A stretch of DNA of 64,000 nt from Eledone cirrhosa (lineage: Eukaryota), in contig OZ024741.1 of the NCBI GenBank assembly GCA_964016885.1, positions 232,748,001 to 232,812,000 of the forward strand, written 5' to 3'. Positions 1 to 15,214 of the stretch are shown one piece after another. How positions within the stretch are numbered: position 1 is the stretch's first letter; each line of letters starts with the position of its first letter. The position numbers and the translations under genes were made by a program. Under the pieces are notes generated by a model, which searched no databases, was not told where the DNA came from, and saw nothing but the letters and a program-made list of their open reading frames with translations.

Positions 1-168
1 TTTGGCACAAGGCCAGCAAATACCCAGTGCATTACTGGTACTTTATTTTATCGACCCCGTAAGGATGAAATGCAAAGTCAACCTCGGCGGGATTTGTACT
101 CGGATCGTAAAGGGACGTAACTATGCTGGAAAGCATGGCGTCCGACTCTCTACCGATACTGCCAATCC
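1..168 (-). mobile_element. tRNA-derived SINE (octopus-type), nearly full length
   Basis: The reverse complement has an A-box TGGCAGTATCGG, a B-box-like GAGTACAAATCCC and the central block ...TTTCATCCTTACGGGGTCGATAAAATAAAGTACCAG; it matches the copy at 45841-46027. Confidence 0.9.
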
Positions 169-610
169 TGCTCACTATTTATACTTTGAGCTTGTAAATT
201 GCAGGGTATCAATATGAGTTAGTAACTCTGTATCTTATTTGTATTTTGGCTCCCTAACTAGTTGAGCTTATAACTTGGGTGTATTAAGGCTGTTATTTCT
301 AGCATATCTACTCACACCACTTCTAACGTCCAAGGCACGAGGTGAGATATTCATTCGTGTTGATTGTAGTTACATGTGTTTGTTCCATTTAATCTTATCT
401 CTCGCTGAGGAAATCCTACGGATTATCTGTTACAAACACAATTTTCAGGGCGAAACAGATTAAATCTCTAATCTGTCCGAGAGATGAAATAGTTATTGAG
501 ACGGTCTGTATATACATATATTATATATTTTACGTTTGCTTCAGGTTAAATCTATCAAACCAATGTGGTATTTCAACCCTCGTTATTTTAGACACTCAAT
601 TTATTACTGT

Positions 611-674
<64 letters not shown>

Positions 675-1015
675 TTCGTTTTTAACTCATATTAACTCTT
701 TTTAATTTTTTACACTCAACATTTGATAAGATGGATTTTAATAACACATAGAAACCGGTAATAATTCTTCATATACTTTATATACATCATAAACAATTAT
801 ATACACTATAAGAAATTTTATAAAAAGAATGGATCCTCTCATTTTTTTAATAATGTTATCTTTTCAATGTCACTTTGACGAATCAAAAAAGAAAAACTGA
901 CCCTTAAATATATTTTCCATACTATTTCCAACTTCACCTTTTCTCTCTGTCTATATATATTTATTTTCCAATTCCAACCCACCCGAACCCTCAATATATC
1001 TTATTTCTCATTCTT

Positions 1016-1051
1016 TCTTCTGATGAAGAATTAACGTTCGAAACGTTAAGA
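1016..1051 (+). ncRNA. Minimal type I hammerhead ribozyme
   Basis: Stem I TCTT/AAGA, core CTGATGA, short stem II GAA..TTC, GAAA, palindromic ACGT stem III, GUU triplet. Confidence 0.65.
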
Positions 1052-1152
1052 CCCTATTCCTGCTATATCTAGCGTTAAACTAATATATGCCTTCCATATA
1101 CTGTACCGTTTATGTTGGTATTTCTGTGTACCTTTTACATATATATATACTC

Positions 1153-1236
<84 letters not shown>

Positions 1237-1349
1237 ATATATATATATTCACACAAATATATATATATATATATATATATATGCTCCCTGTTCACCTTCC
1301 AAACTCTCAGAGCTTGTGAGAATATATGCTACTTTCAAAAATACACAGT

Positions 1350-1814
1350 GACTGATCGGTTGATTTGCATATTAGCAGACTGGCTAATCAGTCAGATCTG
1401 CATATTAGCAGATCCACTGATCAGTCAGATTTGCATATCAGCAGACTGGCCAGTCAGTTTCCTGTATACGAGCGATAAATGGCTGGCTTTGCCAAATTCA
1501 AATAAAAAAAGAAAATGTCGCTCTACATGGCTGAAAACAATAAATGTAATCTGAGTTGTTCGTATATTAATAATAACAATAGCTCTGAAAGTTTGCCAGG
1601 TGAACAGTCAGCTGTACTGGTGAAGGGTGATACCCAAAAACATTAGTGTCTGCAGTTCTATTCGCATACCAACACAAGAGCAAGAATGAAGTGTTCATTC
1701 TACCAACATGGCTATAAAATTGAGGCTTGCTTTCATAATTGCAAACGAATCGAATGTTATTATTAATATTCGAAAACCTCAGATTACATTTATTGTATTC
1801 AGCCATGTAGAGCG

Positions 1815-1817
<3 letters not shown>
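1350..1817. repeat. Repeat with triplicated octamer block, internal inversion and decayed HHR
   Basis: ATTTGCATAT-type blocks at 1363-1440; about 1515-1575 is the inverse of about 1760-1817; the HHR-like CTGTA-CTGGTGA-GGGT/ACCC-AAAAACATTAGTGTC-TGCAG at about 1612-1655; a homolog lies at about 45680-46080. Confidence 0.6.
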
Positions 1818-1879
<62 letters not shown>

Positions 1880-1887
<8 letters not shown>

Positions 1888-2292
1888 ATAATATTGCCAG
1901 AAATAAGAACAGAACACACTCACTGGTTGGTTTCGATTGCTTTTCGCTTCTGTATCTTTTATATCTCAATAGTTAATTTTTCTGGCAATCAATGTTTATC
2001 ATTGATTGACCAACGGTTAAAAATACAGATATAAATATATAAATAAATGAATAAATTAAATAAAAATGATGTAGGCATTAAAATAAAACGCGATGAGACA
2101 TATTAGTACCGCTGATGATGTCACAGATTTGTGACGAAAGAACTTTGATAGACTATATATTTATATTTATATCTGTATTTTTAACCGTTGGTCAATCAAT
2201 GATAAACATTGATTGCCAGATACATTAACTATTGAGATATAAAAGATACAGAAGAAAAAACAATCTAAACCAAACAGTGAGTGTGTTCTGTC
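1880..2292. repeat. Inverted repeat pair with HHR-like motif in the spacer
   Basis: About 1910-2045 is inverted at about 2155-2292; the spacer has CTGATGA-T-GTCACA-GATT-TGTGAC-GAAA (2112-2140) with a decayed stem I; family copies at about 4228-4315 and 51421-51590. Confidence 0.75.
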
Positions 2293-2296
2293 ACAC

Positions 2297-2370
2297 GGGG
2301 TCGATAAAATAAAGTACCAGTAATTCACTGGGTAATTGCTGGCCTTGTGCCTAAAGTAGAAACAATTATT
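2297..2370 (+). mobile_element. SINE 3' fragment
   Basis: GGGGTCGATAAAATAAAGTACCAG...GCTGGCCTTGTGCCTAAAGTAGAAACAATT. Confidence 0.85.
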
Positions 2371-3390
2371 TATGGCAATATTATAACAATATGACCCTCC
2401 CCAAATATAACAATATTTGTTTCAACACAACAAAATCCTTGCAAAATAAATTCATATATATACATATATATATATATATACGTGTGTGTGTGTGTATGTG
2501 TGTGTGTGCATGCGTGCGTGCGTGCGCGTATGTGTGTGTCTGATTGTTTATAGAATGTAAATAAAGGAAACAAAACAAACACAGGAATGCAAATTGTTAT
2601 CTTTTTTATATATAAAGTGAACACCAAGATACCAAATAATTTTACCTTGATAATACAGTCGTTTGGTTGCTTACTTTGAGAGTTTGACAGTTTTAACGAA
2701 AGCAGATCTAAAACAGCTCATTTCCTTCGTACTACTGCTGCAACTAAATTTTGTATTATCTGCGATAAAAACATTCAAACCGGCAATGTGAGTGTAGATT
2801 TAAGTGAGAGTTAACAGTAAAATACATAATATCGTAACTCAAGGAAGAAATTTAAAATAATTTAAATTATATGTTAAGTGATGAGAATAATTATTTATTT
2901 AAATCAGATGTCTAATACGATTCCACGACGTAGAAATTATTTTCTCTAGAATATTTGTAACAGCCATATGACTGAAAAGAAGATTATTAGATATACTAGA
3001 GAAATGCACTTCCCTCGAATGCTTTCTGTAGTTGGCTTTGGCTTACTGTTCAGGATATGGAAATGAATTCAAGAATTTGAAATCGATTATTGTGTTTGCC
3101 AGAAGAATGGGGGATAGAAATACAAACAATTGTAAAATTATTAAATGAACTATAATAAAATAAAAAAAATTCCCTTGACATAGATAGATAGATATGTAGG
3201 TAGGTAGATAGATAGATACAGACAGAGTTATACATAGAGGTACAAATCAATCTGTGTGTGTTGTAGAAGCTAAGGTTTATTTTGGTGCTATATCTAGCAA
3301 GACAGGTTACCACAGCATGTCCCTTGCGTGTACGACAGACAGGCATATTGCTAGATAGATGAAAGGCCAACTCCAGTTACTCTAACTGAT

Positions 3391-3479
<89 letters not shown>

Positions 3480-3997
3480 CACACGCACACACACACACAC
3501 AAACAAACACACACCACCACGTGGTATAATGACTACGATGTTATAGTTCTGTATCTATCTAATATCTTTCTACAACTCTCGCACTATCTCTCTATATATA
3601 TCTCTCTCTTGTTGGCTTTGTTTGCTAAGTTACCATGTCATCGCTCCCTATATATATTCTGTATTATGTGTTTACACGAGCTAACAAGTTCATCCTTTTT
3701 GTTCAAGAGTTGGTCCCTAGCAAACAGCATCTGGATCGTTTCCTCCAAGCATAAATTACACGGATGGAGTCCTCCAGAGTAAGATTTTGCCTTGGAAAGT
3801 ATGCTCCAACTTAGATGGTAGTTAATATTATTGTCTTGGAGGTCCCAAATATGGCCAGAAAGTGGTGTCGTGTGTCGCCTGGCCGGGTTTCTAAATGTAT
3901 GTTGGTGTTGGTAATACCGGGTCTTAATACTGCCTGGTTACTTCGGATCTAGCTGTCGAAACGGCCGGAGCTCAGCTATTGGGATCCTGACTCTTTT

Positions 3998-4052
<55 letters not shown>

Positions 4053-4124
4053 TAAAATAACAGATTAAAGTTTAAGCAAAGAATCGAGCCCTCTTTGGAT
4101 TTTAGTCTTCAAATTTATTATTAT

Positions 4125-4202
<78 letters not shown>

Positions 4203-4329
4203 AGATAAATTAACGGAGCCGTATATATATATCTGTATTTTTAACCGTTGGTCATTCAATGATAAACATTGAATACCAGATAAATTAACTATGAAGATAT
4301 AAAAGATACAGAAGCGACATTCCCCAGAT

Positions 4330-5400
4330 TAACCCACCTTTCACCGAATTAACTCGGGTTTGGCACCTCTCTCACCACTCTCACCTTCCTTCTGAAGTGA
4401 TGTTTAAAGAACGGGATGAGTTGTTGTCAGGAGAGGAAGGTGTATGCCCACAGTCCTTTTAACCTCGTCCACCATATTACCTCTTTCGCCATTGCCACCA
4501 GACAGAGGAAAACCGTCTCTCCTTCATTCTTAAATAAAGGCGGTGGGGTGATCCTCACGATGGACTCGGCTGACAATTGGATGCGGTCCACATGTGACAG
4601 TAGCTGTTCGATATAATTCCACAGGTCTGTCACCCCTGCCCATTGAACAATTGCGTGCAGAACGGTTTCAATATCCTGCTCGTATCTTGGACAGGTCCTT
4701 TTGACAGGATCCCTGCCAGGGCGTCCGAATCTGTAGATTTTATTTTGAACTGTTAGAGCTCCTTGGTAGCACTGCCAAGCCAAAGACCTCTGGAAGTTAT
4801 CCATAATCCCTGGACGGAAGGTCCTCCAGAACAGACTGACCAGTTCGTCCACTTCGATGCCTAGAGTTTCCCCGAGACCGTCGTCGTACTTATCATCCAC
4901 TAATCCCCTCGTTCCAGCTTTTGTCCACAAGGAGGTCTAGACCAAACCAGACCCCTAGCAATTTCACCGGTCCTTCCGTCCAGCGTCCAACTACGCAATC
5001 AACGGCATGGGTTTGCTTCTCCATGTACCGAGTTGCAAACCAACAGACTCGTTTGGGTCTAATCTTGCTCCTGTTAACAGTTCGTATTCCTGAAATAAGT
5101 TGCCGATTACACTGATTTCCGAGGTTTTCAACACCATTACGGTCAGCTCGTCGGCATAGGCCGACGCTCATTTTTGCAGTCCTCGTTCGATCTGGATGCC
5201 CTGCAATAGCTCTAAATTCCACAGTAGTGGCTCGAGAGTCAGCACGTATAGAACGGAGGAGAGAGGGCATCCTAGGGCGATGGAACGCATGATTTGGAAT
5301 AGCACCGATAGGTAGCCATTCACCTTCACTGCCGAACAGATATTGCTGTGCATGGCAGTGATCCAGCCTCTGAAGTCTGGACGAAACCGGCCGCCTGGAG
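4330..5400 (-). mobile_element. Degraded Tx1/L1-like LINE ORF2 fragments (RT C-terminal part and Zn-knuckle region)
   Basis: ORF pieces GCPLSSVLYVLTLEPLL, a YADE-like motif, KLLGVWFG and CPRYEQDIETVLHAIVQ; frameshifts and deletions; homologous to 62300-63590. Confidence 0.8.
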
Positions 5401-5409
5401 AACCGCTAT

Positions 5410-5990
5410 AAATATTTAATAAAGAAAGAGCTTCTACAGGACTAGAAATGTTTCATTCGGGAGAAATCATTAGGAAGCCGACTGTAAATTATAAGTAATA
5501 TGGCGGTATTTCTACATTTTCTGGTGTGTATGTGTATGTATATATATATGTATATATATATGTATATATATATGTATAGGTATATGTATATATATATGTG
5601 TATATATATGTATATATATATATATACGTGTGTGTGTGTGTGTGTTTGTGAGGGGGGGCGTGATTGTAGACGCCTGGCCATTTTTGCAGACCTCACCAAT
5701 GAGTAGCTATTGTTTGCTTGGAATAAATGAACCTTAAAAATTCGGAGTGTCACTATGTACTTTGCTTGAATTTTTTTCTACCTTTGTTTCTCTATAAATA
5801 GTTTTTAAAGAATTTATTTCTTTAAATCCATTACCCACTAACCTCCATACCTCCGAATCCCCACCCTCTCCAACCACCAGAAACATGTATATATACCACA
5901 ATATTACAAGGACAGTCGTCGACTTCTTGATGATTTCTCCCGAATGAAACAGTTCTAGTCTTGTAGAAGCCATTTCTATATTAAATATTC
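5410..5990. repeat. Inverted repeat pair carrying decayed HHRs
   Basis: About 5412-5490 is inverted at about 5910-5990; the cores CTAATGA (minus) and TTGATGA (plus) are each followed by TTTC-TCCC-GAAT-GAAA. Confidence 0.6.
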
Positions 5991-6189
<199 letters not shown>

Positions 6190-6280
6190 ATAATGAAGTA
6201 TTTCCGTCGGAAAGGTACAGAAAAAGAGTGGTCTCTGTAGGCTACAGAGCTTATTAGTTATGTAAGGATAAGATAATTAT

Positions 6281-6341
6281 TTCATTTACCAGTGGTTTCT
6301 TGAAGGTAGATGTTATATCTATCTTCAGTCGTCAGAATGAA
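6281..6341 (-). ncRNA. Type I hammerhead ribozyme
   Basis: Minus strand: TTCATT-CTGACGA-C-TGAAGATAGAT-ATAAC-ATCTACCTTCA-A-GAAA-CC-ACT-GG-TA-AATGAA; all three stems pair; GUA triplet. Confidence 0.8.
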
Positions 6342-6843
6342 TAAATAACATGGTGTTTTTATTAAATATGGTTTTGAAAACAAAATTTAGGAAATATGAA
6401 AGTGAGGCTGAAAAATCGGGCAAATAGGGATTAGTGGAAAAAATATATATAAATAAATATCCAGAACATAAACATCCACACACTCAACTTCGCGAATATA
6501 GGTATTAGTACGTAGACGTATACTTTCTCACATAAGCGTATTTGCGTCTACATGGAAATACGAACAGACACATAAATACATACACACACATATACACAAA
6601 TATATATGCACTCATATAAGTACACACAAACAAACACGCACATATAAATATATAAACCCTCCATCTCAATTCTATTTTTGAAAAGCACAAGAAGTGCGAA
6701 ACCGGTAAAGGAACCAAATAATTTTTTTTTTTTTAAAAGACTCTAGTTTCATTTTCGATTTCATCTTTTTTCCTTATATTTACTCGTGTAGGACATCACC
6801 TTTTTTTTTCATTTTGTAAAAAGACCGCACTTACTAATGTATA

Positions 6844-6976
<133 letters not shown>

Positions 6977-7056
6977 GTTCTATTTAAATTGTTGGGATAC
7001 AACAAGCAAATATTTTTATAACTGATATAAAGCACTCAACAAATATTTGGAGTAAA

Positions 7057-7373
7057 ATACGATATTAACAAATGGAAACTATATTTATAAAACCATATTT
7101 ATTTCATTATACATATTTCAAGGACACCAAGTTAAATTATGGTGTGCTTTCATCAGATAAAATATAATATAGATCAGTTTTATAAAATGACTATTCGGGA
7201 GCTTCCAACATTAATGGTTGCATTCTTTAAGGGTATGTCAATATTTATTTATAAAACTGATCTATATTATATTTTATCTGATGAAAGCACACCATAATTT
7301 AACTTGGTGTCCTTGAAGTATGTATAATGAAATAAATATGGTTTTATAAATATAGTTTCCATTTGTTAATATC

Positions 7374-7377
<4 letters not shown>
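7057..7377. repeat. Inverted repeat (about 130-bp arms), each arm with an HHR (7101-7163 minus, intact; 7271-7333 plus, GAAG variant)
   Basis: ATTTTAT-CTGATGA-AAGCACACC...GGTGTCCTT-GAAA-TATGTA-TA-ATGAAAT; the arms are reverse complements. Confidence 0.75.
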
Positions 7378-7440
<63 letters not shown>

Positions 7441-7884
7441 GAGAGAGAGAGAGAAAGAGAGAAGAACAAAAACAGTAAACGATACAAATTCACACACATT
7501 TTAAACTCACGTAGATATGAAAAACATAGGGAGACACACACAAACACACACAGATACACACACATACACAAACATACACATACACACATATACACACATA
7601 AACATACACAGATGCATGCGCAAATGCTTGCACAGAGAAGAAACACAAACAGGGCACTAAAAAGCAAACAAAGATAAGGATAGAAGTTGAAGAGCAAGAA
7701 AAAGAGCTGGCACGAATCGGATAATCAGTGAGGGTGTCACAGAATCTGTGACAAAAGAATTTTTATAAAGAAAAGAATAGCGAATAATAAAGATAAAGGG
7801 AAATTTATAGGATGCGCCTCTTTCGTTCGAGTGGCGATATTTACAACATGGACATACATAGCAATATATATATATAAGTATATA

Positions 7885-8875
<991 letters not shown>

Positions 8876-9063
8876 CTTTAAAGTACTATAGCAAAGAAGG
8901 TGCGGTAAGATACCATGTGGACCATAACGTACCAGAGTTCTCGATATTTTGGATAAAAGAGTGGGTACAGAAAAGAAGTCATGTTCTCACTCTTTTTCTA
9001 TATTAATATATATATATATATACATTTATATAAATACACATATATATATACATATATATACAC

Positions 9064-9102
<39 letters not shown>

Positions 9103-9197
9103 TATGTATATATACATTTATATATACATATATATGCATATGTATATATACATATATATATATACATATATATATATGTATATATATATACATACAC

Positions 9198-9254
<57 letters not shown>

Positions 9255-9261
9255 CATACAC

Positions 9262-9304
<43 letters not shown>

Positions 9305-9334
9305 AATGTATGTATATATATATATATTATATAT

Positions 9335-11165
9335 TTGATTTTAAAAGAACTAAGGAAAAATTATAAAAAAGCCCCGGCTGAAGATCTTACAGACATCAAT
9401 AATGAGGCATATAAATTAATTGCAAAGTTAGGAATTGAAGGAAGAACCAAGTCTCTTATACCTAGACAGTCGCGGATCAATGTTAAGGAAGACCTGCCAG
9501 TTAGTCTGATTGCTCCATCCAAATCGGATATTGGAGTAATCAGTAAAAATATTATTGATAGAATTCTACCTATTTTGAAATTGAGGTCTAAATTGAGCTT
9601 GTGGAAGGATATAAATGAAGTGATTGAATGGTATAAAAATATAGATGATAAGAAAAACCATAAATTCATCCAGATGGACATAACAAACTATTACTCTTCC
9701 ATTACGCCTAACCTACTAAATAAGGCTTTATCATACGCTTACAAACATACGGATCTAACTACGGATGAAATTGATATCATATTAACTGCTAGAAGAACTC
9801 TAATTAACTTCAACAATGAGTATTGGACCCGCTCAGATAGAAATAGAAACTTCGACATTACCATGGGACTCAGCGCAAATCACGGATCTTCTGCGGATTT
9901 ACATCTTAGATATGATAAATAGAAAAATTACCGGTGGTTTATATAGGGACGATATTTTATTTACGGTTGTTAAACACAACAATATAGAACTAAATAGGGT
10001 AAAGTAAAATATAATTGAGTTCTTTAAAAATTATGACCTTAAAAATTACGACCTTAAACTAGAGGTAGAAAGTGGTACCAAAATAGTTAATTTCCTTGAT
10101 GTTACCCTTAACTTAAACTCTGGTTTGTATTGCCCTTTCCATAAGCCCAATGAAAACTTAAATTACGTTAGTTATTACTCTAATCACCCTAAATCTGTGA
10201 AAAACGCAATTGTAAATAGTATACAAAAGCGCATAACTAGAATATCTGCCAATAAATCAATATTTGATGAAAAAGCAGGATATTACAATGATGCGTTAAG
10301 AAAGACAGGTTACAAAAATAATATAGAATATATAGACAATAATAATCCTAGTCTTAATCCTGATAAAAATAATGGAATATATAAACCAAATTCTAAAAAT
10401 TCTAATAATTGTAATTCAAATACCTGTACTATGAATAAATCGGGGAAAAGAACCAGAACTAAATCAGTTATATGATCCCCCACCCCTGCTTCTGTAGCAG
10501 TAAGAACACCAATAGCTAATCTATTTTTTAAAGCTTTAGATAGTTCCTTCCCTAGTCAACATAAATACCACTCCATATTTAATAGACACACAATTAAACT
10601 GCCTTATTCTACAACTATGAATATGGCCCAAAACATCGCTAAACTAAATAGTATAATTCTAAACCAAAATTAACATAATGCTATTAATAATAGTGTTAAT
10701 ATAAATAATAATAAATCGAAATGTAATTGTAGAAATAAACCAGATTGCCCTCTGCAAAATAATTGTCTGTATAGAAATCTGGTGTATAAATGCACCGTAA
10801 AAACAAATAACAACACATACAACTACATAGGAGCAACTTCTTCGACATTTAAATCGAGATTTGCAAATCACAAATTCTAATTTTCGAATTATAATAGGAA
10901 GTCTTCGACTTCTTTATCACTACTTATATGGTCATTAAAAGAAAAAATGTTTAAATACTCGATCTTTTGGACGAAGCTTTGTAATAGTAAAATATATACG
11001 AACTCATCTATATCAACTAACTGCAACCTCTGCACAAAAGAGACCCTATTAATAATTACTAATTATGAAAACTTAATTAACAAAAAAAGGGGATTATTCT
11101 CAAACTGCCTTCATAAAGCTTTGTCTACATTCCAAGTCTCGCAAAAAGTCAGGAAAAAACACTAA
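9335..11165 (+). mobile_element. Penelope-like retroelement ORF (RT + C-terminal GIY-YIG), Naiad-like, 5'-truncated and frameshifted
   Basis: [39 protein letters not shown]; the endonuclease has CNCRNKPDCPL (CxCx5C), YIGATSSTFKSRFANH and CNLCTKE; begins at a (TA)n tract. Confidence 0.88.
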
Positions 11166-12303
11166 ACAATCAGGCCTGAATTTTTGACGTCTCTTATCAA
11201 CTGTTGGTCCTAAAAAGTCATAACGGTTTTTAAAACTTTAATAATGCTTTATCTTCTAATCATTTATGATAGAATTAATGTTAGAATGAAGGATACTCTT
11301 TTGATAACTTTTTTACTTGATAAATATGCATGCCTTAAGATTTGTTTAGATATTTATTTTTGATTCAGATGTTTATTTATTCAGATGTTTATTTATCTGT
11401 CTCTGTTTTAAATATATAATTTGGATATTTAACTTGTAAATTGGATATTTAACTTGTAACTGATTAGAATTGAACTGTGGATCATTCATGCGTTTGCATA
11501 TTTTACATATTTTACTCATTTTCAGTATATCTTTGGGGACTCAGAAAGTTAGATTTGCATCTATTTATTTTTTTATATATATCTAGGTATAAATATAAGA
11601 AACCATAATAGTCGACAAATATTGGTCTCTCTCTCCACTGAACTGGAGGTAAAACTTCAATTATAGCATTACTAATAATGATTATAATTATTTTTTTATT
11701 AAATGTATACCGTTTCATTAATACCTATAATAATATCTCTATATAATTGTACAAATATCTTTATCTAGTGTAATAACATACTCGTAGTTACATTTATAAA
11801 TAATTTAGACACTCAAATGACTCTATATTGTTATAAGTGTTTGATATTCCCTGGAAGTTCGAATTTATATAATGATTTTTACTTAATATAATATAATTTA
11901 ATTTAACTTATTTTATTTTAATTAAATTTAGATTACCTTCGGCTTTTTCAAATATTTAGCTCCTCTTTCTATCACATTCGCTAAAATATTTTAGATGTAT
12001 CTTTTGTCTACTATATTAAAACCCTATTACATTTATAATATATTTTTAACATTGGGCATCTTTAAGTTTCGCAAACAATTCATTATCTTTTATTTGTATA
12101 TTTATTTTGTATCTAGCCCCTATCATTAGGACTCATATAGTTTTGACTTATATGTCTATAGTATATATCAACTAAATGAAAATAATTGATATAAAACATT
12201 AATTTTTTAGCAATACTTTTTAACAATATCTTTTAACTATATATATTTTTTTAACAATATTTTCAGTAACTTATTTACTATATTGTATTATTGTATTATA
12301 TTA

Positions 12304-12410
12304 TCCCGCCGAGGTTAACTTTGCATTTCATCCTTACGGGGTCGATAAAATAAAGTACCAGTAATGCACTGGGATAATTGCTGGCCTTTTGCCAAAAGTA
12401 GAAACAATTA
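12304..12410 (+). mobile_element. 5'-truncated SINE
   Basis: TCCCGCCGAGGTTAACTTTGCATTTCATCCTTACGGGGTCGATAAA...GTAGAAACAATT. Confidence 0.88.
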
Positions 12411-12828
12411 TATATATTTGAAAGGTATCACCTCAATTATAAACAAATAATAAACTATAATCCTTGTATATTTTTTGATCAACACATATATATAATTAAA
12501 AATCCTTTAAATTTGTTTTCATAAAATTTGAATTTTAGAAATTAAACATAATTATAATATTAATACAAATACCTATTAACTTTTTAAACCTAAAATATTA
12601 TTCATTACTCTGAAATAACTTAAATTAAATATTTTGAATATTAACGGCCAACTATATTAATTTGGATATATGTTGAATATATAGAAAACTGTATATAAAC
12701 TTAAACATAAATTACTCCCCTTTGTCTCTCTCTCTCTCTTTAATCATCTTTCATTTGTTTTTTCAAGGCACCTACTAAATATAAATATATTATAACATCA
12801 GCTGTTTCTTCCTCTATGCTTCGCTATG

Positions 12829-12915
<87 letters not shown>

Positions 12916-13022
12916 ATGTATTGTATTTTCCGTTGAAAATTGAAAGAGTCATAGGAGTAAAGAGTGCTCTATGTAAGTACCAGAGCTAAATTTAATATAT
13001 AATAAACAATACAATATAATTA

Positions 13023-13090
13023 CCTCATTACCAGAGGTTTCACGAATAAGACGAATACGAAAAACGTCCTCATTCGTTCATCGGACAAGG
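13023..13090 (-). ncRNA. HHR with CCGATGA core variant and long stem II
   Basis: Minus strand: CCTTGT-CCGATGA-ACGAATGAGGACG...CGTCTTATTCGT-GAAA-CC-TCT-GG-TA-ATGAGG. Confidence 0.65.
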
Positions 13091-13558
13091 CAATTTAAAA
13101 CATAGTGAAATATTTGAAAAATCTCCTCAGGAAAGGCAAGAGTTTAACGGGCAAAAAAAATATATATATAAATAAAAGTAATGCAAGAGATATATAAAAA
13201 AATAAGGAAATATAGTTAGGGTATGTGTATATGTATATTAACTCACATATGTACATATGTGTGTATGTACAAATGCATGTGTATGGTGAAAATGTGTGCG
13301 TAAGTACATATATGAGGGCAAGTATATTTGTGTATGTGTGACCACAAATACGTATATGATATGAGTTGAAAAAGGAATTGTAAGATAATATTGTTAACAT
13401 ACATCCAGATACAGGTATTAAATATATACACATACGAGTATGAAAGCACGCGTATAAACACACTCACACGCGCGATCACTTATATGCGGAAGATAAAGAG
13501 GGAAGGGAGTGTAATACGTACAGACAAAAGCGCATTTTCTGGTGTGTATATATGTCTA

Positions 13559-13623
<65 letters not shown>

Positions 13624-13624
13624 T

Positions 13625-13965
13625 AAGGTAGAGATAACATTTTGGTCGTTTGAACTGCTGCTATTTCTAGTGGCAGGACATTGACCTGTCCTCCCTTCCC
13701 TTCTGTCTTTACATACGGCACTAGACAGAATTGGTCCCTTCCTCAATCAATCTCATCTGGGAACAGTTTTGTATGGTGCCATTTTGTGATTTGAACTCGA
13801 GCGAGAAGAACCTTCTAACGAGAATCCCCTTCTCAATGGTGGACGCCTGGATTATCCATTTATTTTGGGATTTGAAACCGCGCGGTAAGGGTACATATAG
13901 TAAGTACAGCGAACTTTTTTAAATGTATTTTAAAACTTTTTCTCTATTTGCTAAACCTTGATTTT
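13625..13965 (+). repeat. HHR-bearing repeat (family with 20600-20735, 20865-21225 and about 32900-33180); HHR at 13810-13892
   Basis: ACCTT-CTAACGA-GAATCCC...GGGATTT-GAAA-CCGCGCGG-TA-AGGGT; flanks align with 20865-21225. Confidence 0.75.
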
Positions 13966-14146
13966 ATATATATGTATATATATATAACTATATATATATA
14001 TTTCGTTTCTGAATTTGTTTAGCAAGATTCTTTATCTGAAATCGTGTGTTGAAACCGATATTGTTATACTTTGGGAGGGTCATATTGCGTGTGTTTCTTA
14101 TTGGCAACATGACCCTCCCAAAGTATAACAATATATATATATATAT

Positions 14147-14720
14147 ATGGTATTAGGATTGGTGCTCTGAAATAGTGATGTATACAATGAATGTATCTAT
14201 AGTATATTTGGCAATATACCGTATGCTTAATTAAAAACATGTTGTAGACCATACGCTATCAGTTTTAATGTAGTGAGTATGTCGCTTACTTCTTTTCTTC
14301 AGCGAAAGAAGGGAGAGAAGCTAACAAACTGTTTGTTTCACGCTGTTGGCGATCATCAAAGCAACGTACTCCCCGCTTTCGCCGAAGATTATAGAAGCTG
14401 GGTTCTTATAGAATTCACGTTAAAACTGATAGCGTATGGTCTTCAAAATGTTTTTAATTAAGCATTCGGTATATTGTCAAATATACTATACATACATTCA
14501 TTGTATACATCGCTATTTCAGAGCCCCAATCCTAATACCTAATTTTTGCTGGACCGGTAATCGCTCTGTATAATCAGCTCCTGATTATTACTGGATCGAA
14601 TCTGACTCTGGATTCAAAAGTTCCTCTGATACGTCTAGTGATTTCGAAGCAAATTCTCTAGGACCATAGACTGCTCAACCTGCATACCGCCTATTGGGCG
14701 CATCCGAGCAACCTTACTGC
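14147..14720. repeat. Repeat with about 125-bp inverted arms (14148-14270 / 14418-14540) and a minus-strand HHR variant at 14320-14362
   Basis: The arms are reverse complements; minus strand GCT-TTGATGA-TCGC-CAACA-GCGT-GAAA-CAAAC-A-GTTTG-TT-AGC. Confidence 0.7.
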
Positions 14721-14737
14721 ATATATTTATATATATG

Positions 14738-14783
<46 letters not shown>

Positions 14784-14914
14784 AACCAGTAAGACCCCGA
14801 CAGCTGAGCTCATCTGTTGGGGTCTTACTGGTTCCTATTACCCACTCTACTACCCCAAGTATTGAGTACTTTGGTGCGTTATGGTCCACCTGGTTCCTTA
14901 CCACATTTCCTTCG

Positions 14915-14959
<45 letters not shown>

Positions 14960-15214
14960 CATATATATTTATTTATATATATATAAATATATATATATAT
15001 ATGTATATATGTATATATGTATGTATATATATATATATATATAAGTATGTATACGTACATACATATATGTACACAGATGTACAGTAGTATGTATATATAT
15101 ATACATACATGCACACATATATATATATGTACGTATGGATTCACCAAACATTTATTATAATGCTCGGTGTGTTTATAAACAAACATCCCGTATTAAGCCG
15201 CGGTGTCTAGCAAC

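Noticed and set aside
2691-2787. Possible plus-strand exon (LTKADLKQLISFVLLLQLNFVLSAIK...)
   Set aside because: Weak acceptor and no recognisable homology
10473-10475. In-frame TGA in the Naiad-like ORF as a possible selenocysteine
   Set aside because: It aligns with the Trp of the IWF.PP motif (intact at about 42187), so it is a TGG>TGA mutation in a decayed copy
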